From: Squalus acanthias
Lineage: Eukaryota
DNA: 64,000 bases
NCBI GenBank assembly: GCA_030390025.1
Contig: CM059432.1
Span: 57,538,001 to 57,602,000, forward strand
Direction: 5' to 3'
The notes under the pieces: model-generated
Database searches by the model: none
Told to the model about the DNA's origin: nothing
Seen by the model: the letters and a program-made list of their open reading frames with translations, nothing else
Part shown: positions 37,103 to 48,535 of the stretch, piece by piece
Layout: every line of letters starts with the position of its first letter
Position numbering within the stretch: position 1 is the first letter of the stretch
Program-made: the position numbers and the translations under genes

Positions 37103-37401
37103 GCCCCTGCTGTGGAAATGGCTTCTGCCATTGCTAACAACATCAATGAACCCAGCACGCAACCCCTAAGCCTGCCAAGGCACCGATGATTCCAAACACC
37201 AAACATGTACATTTTGAATACAAAAACTTATTTATTTCACAAACTCTGTGTGTGTCATTTCCTCATGACAAACTAATAGAAAGAAACACAAAAACACAGT
37301 CATTAACAGAACTGGTTCTCATAACCTGGAGATAATGTCCAAAAGTTTGACCACAAAACTTAGCCTTTAATAAAAAAAAGACCAACATTTTGTCACACCT
37401 C

Positions 37402-39377
37402 CTACTTTTTGCCCTTCGAGGGTGATCTCCTTCCCTTGCGCACTTCCCCCCTTCTTACCCTACTGCTCCTCCGTAATGGGACCTCAGTGGCTGCAGCAAA
37501 GCTGGTGGAAGGCTGCTGATTGTCAGAACCTGAGACTGCAGATGCCCTTGAAGGACGGCCTCGACCAGTTCTGGGCCTGGAGGGCCCGGCTGCAGACTGC
37601 ACCAACTCTGCATGGGCGGCAGCAGTCTGTCCTACAGGCGGTGGCAAGTGCAGTGCAGAAGTGACAGTGGTGGCAGCAGGAATGCTGTCATCTTGAGAGA
37701 GGACAGCAACTCCCTGCTCGACCGACACACTGGCACTCCCACGGATCAGCACTTCAGCATCCGGAGCAATCTGCTGGAGCACAGATTGCTGGCCTGCTGC
37801 GGCGCGGTGAGAGCCCGGGGACATGTGAACGAACCATCGAGGTTGGCACCAGTCAGTGCTCGCGTGGCCTCAATCTGAGTCTGCATGAGAGCAGTCAGAT
37901 GGGATCACGGCAGTCAGTGACTGAATTGCAGCACTAAGCTTTAGTGTGGCATCCGCCTGTGCTACAGCGAAGTGCTCCACACTCCTTGCCAGTGACTCAA
38001 TGCATTCGGGCACCCTTCCCACTGCACCCATGAGCTCAGTGTGCATGCCCACCGCCTGGGTGTTCATTTCTGCGATCAGCCGCTCCTCTGCGTCTATTGC
38101 AGTAGGAGTCAGCTGGCATACTCTCCCTCTGGGGAGAAGGCCCCCGTTCTTCCCTACCCCCATGGCGTTGCTGCAGCCCGCTGGGTCCTGGAGCTTCACC
38201 CTCATCAGAACCTTCCCCCCTGCTCCCCTCCAGGGAAGGCATGTTCCCAGTGTGGGCATGGGCTTCCTCGGGAGAGGGTGGCACTGATGCTCCACCTTCA
38301 TCTTCCTCCTGGCCTGCAGCTTCACTCCACTGGCAGCTTGAAGGCCCGTCTCCTCAGCTGGTGAATCACCATCTGAAAGCAGGGAGGTACAAGAGTGGCT
38401 TTAGCATGAGGACAGGGTGGCAGTAAGGGAGGAATAAGTGCAGCGAGTTAGTAAGTTGGATTGAAAGTGTCAAAGGCTGGTGTTGTGAGGGACAAGTGGA
38501 AGGACAGAGGACAAAAAGGTGATGACCTTACCATTGCTGTCCAGAACGGGGTCGGCGTCTCCAGTGGCGACGGGACCGATCACCCGGCTTGCCACAATCC
38601 TCTGGACGCGCTCCTCAAGATCGCTGAGGGGTTGCAGCTGAGGCCGCCCTCCACCTGTCCATTGCTGCTGTCTCCTATTATGAGATAGCTTGGCCTGCAA
38701 GAAAAAGGACGGCGTCTGAGTAAATATACAGCCATGGTCTTGCCTGATGTGCCTCCCATAGGTGAATAGCCCTTACTGTATGCAGCCATGGTCTTGCCTG
38801 ATGTGCCTCCCATAGGTGAATAGCCCTTACTGTATGCAGCCATGGTCTTGCCTGATGTGCCTCCCATAGGTGAATAGCCCTTACTGTATGCAGCCATGGT
38901 CTTGCCTGATGTGCCTCCCATAGGTGAATAGCCCTTACTGTATGCAGCCATGGTATTGCCTGATGTGCCTCCCATAGGTGAATAGCCCTTACTGTATGCA
39001 AAGTGTGGAATGTGTGTGTGTGTTTCATGAGAGGGCCATAGGTGTTGGATGAGTGTTGTGCATTGGGGTTTTAAGACCCTCTGGCCATAGAGTGAGGTTG
39101 AGATGGAGGGATGGAGAGGTATTGAAAAAAAGCCACTCACCCTGACGACCCGAGTGAGGTCGTTGAACTTTTTTCGACATTGTACATGGGTCCTGGGCAC
39201 CATGCTCCTGCAGGAGACGCTCTGAGCCACCTCCCTCCACACTCTTCTGTACTCGCGCGGCAAAGGCCTCCTGCCACTCTCAGGGAAGAGTATAGATCTT
39301 CTGCGCTCCACCGCGCCAACCAGAGCATCCAAGGCCCTCTCGCTGAAGCGCTGAGCTCGTTCTCTCACCCTCTCCAT
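37402..39377 (-). pseudogene. Three-exon Myb/SANT-like DNA-binding gene of the Harbinger; exon 3 frameshifted
   Basis: Exon 1 39377-39141 (RFSERALDAL...W..VA...RT..QCRKKFNDL; donor GTGAGT). Exon 2 38694-38532 (ttgcag acceptor, WTGGG, GTAAG donor), in phase with exon 1. Exon 3 from 38372 (tttcag). Confidence 0.88.
38729..38998. repeat. Minisatellite, 5 x 54 bp, in intron 1 of the Myb gene
   Basis: Unit cagccatggtcttgcctgatgtgcctcccataggtgaatagcccttactgtatg; one substitution in the last copy. Confidence 0.97.
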
Positions 39378-39749
39378 AGTCCTTGGCTGGAAGATTTAGG
39401 CACAGGTCTCTCCAGGCCGAGATTCAAGACTCCAATGAGCAGGGTGTGGCTGGAGTGCAAGATCGACCCTCCCCTTTAAGAACTGTCTGGCGCCAGTGTG
39501 TCTGTGTTCCATCGCTAACTGACAGCACCTGCGCTGCGCCCGTGCTCTGAGTTAACGCCTCGCTCCTCGGCCTTTGTGCCTTAAGACAGGTGTGTAGCGC
39601 CTGATTTGGCGCTCCAATCACCTCCAGGGGCGTTAAAAATCAAGTTTGCAGTCAGTGGCGATAATTAGCGCCAGGCGCTAATCTTTGCGCATGGCCGATA
39701 ATTGCGCCACAAATGGGGCGCGACTGAATTTCTCCCCCATAGAGTCATA

Positions 39750-40454
39750 GGGCTAAAAATTGAGTCGCGCCCCATTTGGGGCGCTAACCTCGCCGGGGCG
39801 CTAAAAGTAGCCACTGGAAGCACCCCGCATCCCTCTTGGGGCGCTGCGAGGGAATATCCTGGCGCTACGTGGCGCAGCGCCAGGCGCTGTGGCACGTCGC
39901 GCCGCGGTATTGCAGGCCTTCCTCCCCTTCTTAAAGGGGAGGGACCCTGCGCAGCGCGAACCGGGGCCCAGCTGGGCCCCCAGGGATCGGGAGTGCCGGC
40001 AAAAGAGCCCGGCACTCAAGAGAAGTGCCGGGCTCTTGGAGCGCAGCCGGCACTTCACGGTGGGGGGGCTTCACGGGGGCCGGGGACAGCAACAGGGGCA
40101 GGTGCTGGCAGGCGGCCAGCAACAAAAATGGCCGCCTGCCACCTCCCCTTTAAATATCGCCGCCCCGGCCGCACGTATGCCTCCCTGAACCCGTCGGACA
40201 TAGCGTCTGGCGGTAAATCAGGGGGCGCGACTGAAGATCGCGGCTGGAGCGCGAGCGGGGTGCTGCGCACGGCGATGACGTCATCGCCGGCGGCGCAGCG
40301 CCACAGGGCGCTACCGGCTGGCGCCGCCGCTAACCTCCCGCTGAATTTTACGTGAGGCGTGGGCGGCGCTGCGCCCGGGCGTTAGCTGCTTTACGCCCCA
40401 TTAGCGCCCTCTTAAGGCGCTAACGGGAGGCGCAAGCAGCTGAATTTTTCCCCC
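39750..40454. mobile_element. Harbinger MITE (family B), partner of the adjacent autonomous-type element
   Basis: Ends gggctaaaaatt / aatttttccccc with TSD ata; the right ~88 bp match the left end of 35430-39738 in inverted orientation. Confidence 0.9.
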
Positions 40455-43400
40455 ATAGAGTTATACAGCACAGAAAGAGGCCCTTCAGCACATCGTGTCT
40501 GCACTGGCCATCAAACCCTGTCTATTCCAATCCCATTTACCAGCACTTGGTCCGTAGCCTTGTATGCTATGGCGTTTCAACTGCTCATCTAAATGCTTCT
40601 TGAATGTTGTGAGGGTTCCTGCCTCTACCACCTTTTCAGGCAGTGAGTTCCAGATTCCAACCACCCTCTGGGTGAAAAAGTTTTTCCTCAAATCCCCTCT
40701 AAACCTCCTGCCCCTTACCTTGAAACTATGCCCCCTGGTTATTGACCCCTCTACTATGGGAAAAGTTCCTTTCTATCTACCCTATCTATGTCCCTCATAA
40801 TTTTGTACAGCTCAATCAGGTCCCCCCTCAGCCTTCTCTGCTCCAAGGAAAACAACCCCAGCCTGTCCAGTCTCTCTTCATAGCTGAAGCACTCCAGCCC
40901 AGGTAACATCCTGGTGAATCTCCTCTGCACCCTCTCCAATGCAATCACATCCTTCCTATAGTGTGGCGACCAGAACTGCACACAGTATTCCAGCTGTGGC
41001 CTAACTAGCGTTTTGTACAGTTCCATCATAACCTCCCTGCTCTTATATTCTATGCCTCGGCTAATGAAGGCAAGTATCCCATAAACCATTTTAAACACCT
41101 TATCTACCTGTCCTGCTGCCTTCAGGGATCTTTGTACATGCACACCAAGGTCCCTCTGATCCTCTGTCCTTCCTAGGATCCTACCATTCATTGTGTATTC
41201 CCTTGCCTTGTTAGTCCTCCCAAAATGCATCACCTCACACTTTTCAGGGTTAAATTCCATTTGCCACTGTTCTGCCCATCTAACCATCCCATCTATATTG
41301 TCCTGTAGCCTAAGGCTTCCCTCCTCGCTATTTACCACCCCACCAATTTTCATGTCATCTGCAAACTTACTGATCATACCTCCTACATTCATATCTAAAT
41401 CATTGATGGACACTATAAACAGCAAAGGACCCAGCACTGATCCCTGCGGTACACCACTGGACACAGGCTTCCAGTCACAAAAACAACCTTCGACCATCAC
41501 CCTCTGCCTCCTGCCACTAAGCCAATTTTGGATCCAATGTGCCAAATTGCCCTGGATCCCATGGGCTCTTACCTTCTTGACCAGTCTCCCATGTGGGACT
41601 TTGTCAAAAGCCTTACTGAAGTCCATGTAGACTACATCAACTGCACTACCCTCATCCACACACCTAGTCACCCCCTCGAAAAATTCAATCAAATTGGCCA
41701 GACATGATCTCCACCTGACAAAGCCATGCTGACTATCCCGGATTAATCCCTACCTCTCCAAGTGGAGACTAATTCTGTCCCTCAGAATTTTTTCCAATAA
41801 ATTCCCTACCACTGATGTTAGGCTCACTGGCCTGTAATTCCCTGGTTTATCCCTACTACCCTTCTTGAACAATGGTACTACATTAGCTGTTCTCCAGTCC
41901 TCTGGCACCTCCTCTGTGGCCAGAGAGGTTCTGAAAATTTGTGTCAGAGCCCCTGCAATCTCCTCCCTTGCCTCACACAGCAGCCTGGGATACATCCCGT
42001 CAGGGCCTGGGGATTTATCCACTTTTAAGCCCGCTAAAACCGTTAGTACCTCCTCCCTCTCAATACTAATTTGTTCAAGTCTATCACAATGCCCCTGCCT
42101 GATTTCTATGCCTACATCACCCTTCTCCATATTGAACACAGATGCAAAATATTCATTTAAAACCTCACCTACATCTTCCGGCTCTACAGACAGATTGCCA
42201 CTTTGGTCCCTAATGGGCCCTACTCTTTCTCTGGTTATCCTCTTGCCCTTAATATACTTATAAAACACCTTGGGATTTTCCTTTATTTTGCCCGCCAGTG
42301 TTTTTTCATGCCCCCTCTTCACTCTCCTAATTTCTTTTTTAAGTACCCCCCTGCACTTTCTATACTCCTCTAGGGCTTCCACTGTTTTTAGTCCTTTGTA
42401 TCTGCCAAAAGCCTCCCTTTTTTTCCTAATCCATTCTTGTATATCCCTTGACATCCAGGGTTCCCTGGGCTTGTTGGTCCCACCGTTGACCTTTACGGGA
42501 CCATGTTGGCGTTGTACTCTCTCTATTTCCTTTCTGAAAGACTCCCATTGCTCTGATGTGGATTTTCCTACAAGTAGCTGATCCCAGTCCATTTTGGCCA
42601 GATCCTGCCTTATCATATTAAAATCGCCCTTCTCCCAATTTAGAACCTTTATTTCCAGTCCATCTTTGTCCTTTTCCATGACTACCTTAACTTTCACCGA
42701 ATTATGGTCACTGTCACCAAAATGCTCTCCTACAGACACATCTACCACTTGCCTGGCTACATTCCCTAGAATTAGGTCCAGTACCACCCCCTCTCTTGTA
42801 GGACTTTCTACATGCTGGCTCAAAAAGCTCTCCTGGATGCACTTTAAGAATTCCACACCCTCTAAGCCTTTCACACTCTGACTATTCCAGTTAATATTGG
42901 GGAAGTTGAAATCCCCTACTATTATTACCCTATTATTTCTACACTTCTCTGAGATTTGCCTACATATCTGTGCCTCTATCTCCCCCTGACTGTTTGGGAG
43001 CCTATAGTACACTTCTAGCAAAGTGCTTGCCCCCTTTTTGTTTTTAAGTTCTACCCATATGACCTCATTAGAGGAACCTGCTAAGATATCATCCCTCCTT
43101 ACAGCAGTAATTGACTCCTTGATTAATATTGTGACACCCCCTCCTCTTTTACAACCCCCACTGTCTTGCCTGAAGATTCTATACCCCGGAATATTGAGCT
43201 GCCAGTCCTGCCCCTCCCTCAACCATGTCTCTGTGATAGCAACAATATCATACTCCCATGTGTTCATCAACACCTTCAATTCATCTGCCTTACTCGCAAG
43301 ACTCCTTGCATTAAAATAAATGCCATCCAGTCTTGCCATACTCCCTTGTGCCGTTACATATTTGCTCTGCCTTCCAGGCTGACTTGTTTTTCCCTCTATA

Positions 43401-44845
43401 TTTGGCTGTGCATCACCCCCTACTATAGCTCTACTCCGTACCCCAGCCCCCTGCCAAGTTAGTTTAAACCCCCTCCAACAGTACCAGCAAACCTCCCCGC
43501 AAGGATGTTGGTCCCGTTCCGGTTCAGGTGCAACGCGTCCGACTTGTACAGGTCCCACCTTCCCCAGAAGCAGTCCCAGTGATCCAGTAAACTAAAGCCA
43601 TCCCTCCTGCACCAACTCTTTAGCCACGCATTCATCTGCTCTATCCTCCTATTCCTATACTCACTAGCACGTGGCACCGGGAGTAATCCAGAGATTACAA
43701 CCTTTGAGGTCCTGCTTTTTAATCTGCTACCTAGCTCCCTAAATTCTTGTTGCAGGACCTCATCCCTCTTTCTACCTATGTCGTTGGTACCATTGTGAAC
43801 CACGACCTCTGACTGTTCGCCCTTCCCCTTCAGAATGCCCTGCAGCCGTTCAGTGACATCCTTGACCCTGGCTCCAGGGAGGCAACATACCATCCTGGAG
43901 TCACGTCTGCGGCCACAGAGACGTCTATCTGTTCCCCTTACGATAGAATCCCCTATCACTATTGCTCTCCCACTCTTTTTCCTCCCCTCCTGTGCAGCTG
44001 AGCCACTCGTACTACCATGGACTTGGCTCTTGCTGCATTCCCCTGAGAAACCATCTCCCCCAGCAGTATCCAAAATGGAAAATCTGTTGGAGAGGGAGAT
44101 GGACCCAGGGGACTCCTGCACTACCTTCCTAGTTCTTTTACTCTGTCTGGCGGTCACCCCTTTCCTGTCTGCCTGTGCACTCTTTACCTGCGTTAATCGT
44201 GCTATCCATGAAGATCTCAGCTTCGCGGATGCTCCACAGTGACTCCAGCTGCAGCTCCAGCTCTGAAACGCGGATTTCGAGTAGCTGCAGCTGGAGACAC
44301 TTCCTGCACATGTGTTCGCCCTGGACACCTAAAGTGTCCCTGACTTCCCACATAGCACAGGAAGAGCACTCCATGCTGCCGAGCTGCCCTGCCATGTCCT
44401 ACCCTTAATTTACTCCCTTTACTTCCTTTAAATTAAAAAATATTAAATACACTAGGGACCTTGCTTCACTTTACACACTACTTACTCTAAACTAGAGACC
44501 TTACTTTGACTTTAACGACTAGACTGTAGAAATACTCACCAGGTCCTACTTACCAATCAGCTCCTTCCCTGGTTGTGACATCACTTTAGCGGTTTCGCAG
44601 TTGTTGTTGTTTGCCTGCTCCCGCTCTCGGACTCTTTCCTTGGTGTAAAGTAAGAACCAATTCCCAACTCACAGCACTCTGTTTAAACCGCACTCAGTCT
44701 CTGCGCTCGGTCTCCACCCAGGGCCGCTCTCGCTGCTGCCGCCGGTGAGTCTGGGCCGCTCTCTCTCTCCCCCGCTCTTTAAATCCTCGGTCTCTGCGCT
44801 CAGTCTCCACCCAGGGCCGCTCTTGCTGCCTCTGCTGCCTGCAAT
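40455..44845 (-). mobile_element. Full-length CR1 (5' UTR repeats, ORF1 with a frameshift, ORF2 with few lesions)
   Basis: ORF1 44395-43459 (CSSC..CRKC; IGDSIVR, GTND, DALH); ORF2 pieces of 602, 312 and 68 aa; 5' UTR repeats 44690-44840. Confidence 0.96.
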
Positions 44846-45449
44846 TAGTTGATGATCCCTTTAAATAGCACTGGTGGGAAGTCCTTCCTGCTACTGAATG
44901 TGTGTTCAGCTGTGCGAGGTTAAGAGAGGGCGTTGGCTGGAGCATTGAGCTCAAAAATGGCAGCGCTGGTGTCAAATCAGCGTTGCATGCTGATTAATGT
45001 CAGGATCTGCTTACTCTGCATACCTCCGGTGGGCATTCACTGCGCACATGCTAATGCCCTCACCAATTTGGCATCCGGCGCGATTTGTTCCACAAGTGTG
45101 CGTGCGCCACACGGATGCCATTTTGGACCTCTAAGGACACTTGTGGCACCCAAAGAACAAGCGCTACGGATCTGAATTTTGCGCCATTAGAATCTAAAGA
45201 ACTATCTTCCCTTCCCAATCACTCACTAAAGCTAGAGCTGTAACCGTCAAGCAGTCTTAATTTGTACAAATGCATTGAAATTATAGGGCCGATTCAATGG
45301 GGTAGGCCGGTGCAAACTGTGAGCAGGAAATGATTGTGGTAGGTCTGAGACCCGTTCAATATTGTGTCTCGGACTTCATCTTAATAAGTGCAGAGAGCTG
45401 CGGATACCATGGGGTGCCAAAAGTTCATGGGCGTGGGATGGTGGAAGGG

Positions 45450-45545
45450 TTGGGGTGTCCTACAGTTCACCCCTGATGAAGTGCCAATGATTGTATTGGT
45501 GCACTGTGCATTACACAATTTCACCCTGTAGGCAGGGCTCAGCTT
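45450..45545 (+). pseudogene. Harbinger transposase C-terminal relic
   Basis: GVLQFTPDEVPMIVLVHCALHNF resembles [19 protein letters not shown] at ~36860-36920. Confidence 0.55.
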
Positions 45546-45764
45546 ACACTTGGCAGACAAGATGCCTGTGGAACCAGAGGATTCCGACCTGCATGCCCCG
45601 AGCTCAGCGGTGATGGCCCCGCGGAGGAATCGATGCTCACCGCCGCCAGGGCAGCCAGATAACAGCTGGTGGCTCAAGTGTTCGGCCAGTGATAGCCCCC
45701 CCAACCCTTGCTACCCCCACCCCCATATCAAACTCACCAAGTCAATCAGCGTATCAAAAACATG

Positions 45765-46509
45765 GGCCCGTATTTTCCGATCGGCGGCTTCCTGCGTGCG
45801 GAGGCCTCCGATCTGGAAAAAATCTACCGACTTATCTGAGGGCTCCCGAGGTGCGGACACTTCCGCTCCTGGGCCTCTCCAACTCGAAATGCGCAGGGCC
45901 CACATATCCCAGAGGCGCATGCGGTTCGCAAGCGTCCCTGGGATCACGTGGGCCATGGGGAGCCAATAGGAGAAGGGAATCTCCCTTCATTCACTTGGCA
46001 GATAGACCTGTCAAATATATGAATGGAGATCACCCCAAAAACACAGTAAAACATTAAATAATTTTTTTTAATCACATTTTTAAAATGAATTGAAATTACA
46101 ATAAATTAAATATTTTAATCAAAAATTTAATTTTTTGAAAAAAATAATTAAAGTATTTTACAGGACTAAAAATAAACTTAGCGTTTTTTTAAAGTATTTT
46201 GAAATGATAAATGAGTGAAAATTTTTTTTTTTTTTACTTTTTTCAGCTCTTATGCTGGCCTTATCTGCTTTTATTGGTGTAAGATTTCTAAGGGTTTTCA
46301 GGGGGCGGAGGTTCTCCAGAAAGCGGAACTCTCCCCCCGCAAAGGCCCTTCTCCAGGGCAGGTGCCCGATCTGTCAAGAGCATTCTTGACAGATCGGAAA
46401 TGCCGGTTTTCAGCGCATGCGCTTGGCATGCCTGAAACCGGCATTTCCGATGTCCCTACGGGTGTGTACACAGCTCGTACACACCCATAAGCATCAGAAT
46501 ATACGGCCC
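45765..46509. mobile_element. Harbinger-type MITE related to family A
   Basis: TIR ggcccgtattttc / gaatatacggccc; TSD atg; AT-rich core and ccggttttcagcgcatgcg motif shared with family A. Confidence 0.85.
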
Positions 46510-47213
46510 ATGATGTTTTGGACTAATCCTCATGAGGCTACAAATTCAAGGAACAACACACAAGAGAGCAAACAATAGAACTTTTATTCAGTACAAAATT
46601 GCAATTGATCTTACAGTCAGCAAACAATAAAAACCATGCTCAAAAATTAGCTTTATCAAGCTTTCAATCAACAGATGACATGACAAAACTTTTATTCAAC
46701 AAGCATTTATAATTGGCACTTGAAGGTCTTCGGGGCCCGCAATTGGCTTTGTGGCTTCTGAGGTCCCTGAATCGCGGCTATGCTCGCTGCGGCGTATTCA
46801 AATTACTTTCCCAGGAATTTTTGGAGTGAAATTCCAACGGGAAGATCGGCATGCAAAATGGTGTACATTGACGATTGTGCCATTCCAGGAAATTTTGCAC
46901 AAAGTCCCACAACTTCACTCAGGCACCTCACCTATATTAAGTGGGAATGTTAAGAATTCCAGTCCCTGCCTGTTGAAGTAGACTTTTTAAAAATTAAATT
47001 ACATTTTGATTTGCTCTTTGTTTCTCTTTGTCGTTGCAATTACATTTTGTTTCAGACAGACAGGAAAACATCAGCTGGTCCATCTAGCCTGTCCCATGCA
47101 GTCATGTTGCAATTAATCATCATAAGCCCCAATGCTCCTCACCAACCAGTAGCCATGTAATCCCCAGGGAGAGGTAAAAAAAAACCCTAGGCCAATTCAA
47201 GGATAAAAGAATT

Positions 47214-48535
47214 AAGAACATAAGAACATAAGAAATAAGAGCAGGAGTAGGCCATACGGCCCCTCGAGCCTGCTCCGCCATTCAGTAAGATCATGGCTGA
47301 TCATCGACCTCTACTCCACTTTCCCGCCCGATCTCCATATCCCTTGATTCCCCTAGAGTCCAAAAATCTATCTATCTCAGCCTTGAATATACTCAAAGAC
47401 TCAGCATTCACAGCCCTCTGGGGCAGAGAATTCCAATGATTCACAACTTTCTGAGTGAAGAAATTCCTCCTCATCTCAGTCTTAAATGACCTACCCCTTA
47501 TGCTGAGACTATGCCCGCTAGTTCTAGACACTCCAGCCAGGGGAAACAACCTCTTAGCATCTACCCTGTCAATCCCCTTCAGAATCTTGTATGTTTCAAT
47601 GAGATCACCTCTCATTCTTCTAAACTCCAGAGAGTATAGGCCCATTCTACACAATCTCTTATCATAGGACAGTCCCCTCATCCCAGGAATCAATCTAGTG
47701 AACTTTCATTGCACTGCCTCCAAGGCAAGTATATCCTTCCATAGATAAGGAGACCAAAACTGTGCACAGTACTCCAGGTGTGGTCTCACCAAGGCCCTGT
47801 ACAATTGTAGCAAGACTTCCTTACTCTTATACTCCAACCCCCTTGCAATAAAGGCCAACATGCCATTTGCCTTCCTTATTGCTTGCTGTACCTGCATGCT
47901 AACTTTCTGTGTTTGTTGCACAAGGACACCCAAATCTCTCTGAACACCAACATTTGAAAGTTTCTCACCATTTAAAAAATATTCTGTTTTTCTATTCTTC
48001 CTACCAAAGTGAATAACCTCACATTTCCCTACATTATACTCCATCTGCCACCTTACTGCCCACTCACTTAGTCTATCTATATCCCTTTGCAGATTCTTTG
48101 TGTTCTCCTCACAGCTTACTGTCCCACCTAGCTTTGTATCATCAGCAAACTTGGATACATTACACTCAGTCCCTTCATCTAGGTCATTAATATAGATTGT
48201 AAATAACTGAGGCCCCAACACTGATCCTTGTGGCACCCCACTAGTTACAGCCTGCCAAACTGAAAAAGATCCGTTTATCCCTATTCTCTGTTTTCTGTCT
48301 GTTAACCAATCCTCTATCCATGCTACTATATTACCCCCAACCCCATGAGCCCTTATCTTGTGTAATAACCTTTTATGTGGCACCTTATCGAATGTCTTTT
48401 GGAAATCCAAATATACTACATCCACTGGTTCCCCTCTATCTACCCTGCTAGTTCCATCCTCAAAAAACTCTAATAAATTTGACAAACATGATTTCCCTTT
48501 CATAAAACCATGTTGACTCTGCCTAATCATGTAAT
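47214..48535 (-). mobile_element. 5'-truncated CR1, same subfamily as 11426-15853
   Basis: ORFs 47706..48554 and 47301..47693; (taagaaca)n tail. Confidence 0.95.

Larger units (their letters stand above)
35430..39738. mobile_element. Full-structure PIF/Harbinger transposon (transposase plus convergent Myb/SANT gene)
   Basis: TIR gggggaaaaattcagt / actgaatttctccccc with flanks aca/ata; GC-rich subterminal gcgc motifs; two convergent genes. Confidence 0.93.

Noticed and set aside
38729..38998. CRISPR-like array or hammerhead satellite (ctgatgt-gcct-cccat-aggt-gaat in each unit)
   Set aside because: There are no unique spacers, so it is not CRISPR. The core deviates at invariant hammerhead positions (CUGAUGU and GAAU instead of CUGAUGA and GAAA), with no convincing stems I/III.
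35942..39377. Domesticated HARBI1/NAIF1 host genes
   Set aside because: Flanked by TIRs and both reading frames are disrupted, so this is a transposon copy.
39665..40355. 217-aa and overlapping GC-rich ORFs (also 10803-11277)
   Set aside because: They lie inside a GC-rich MITE, have no recognisable domain, and stop scarcity is explained by composition.
41193..42881. Antisense ORFs over CR1 ORF2 (recurring in several copies)
   Set aside because: Shadow frames of the RT coding strand, with inconsistent start and stop positions between copies.
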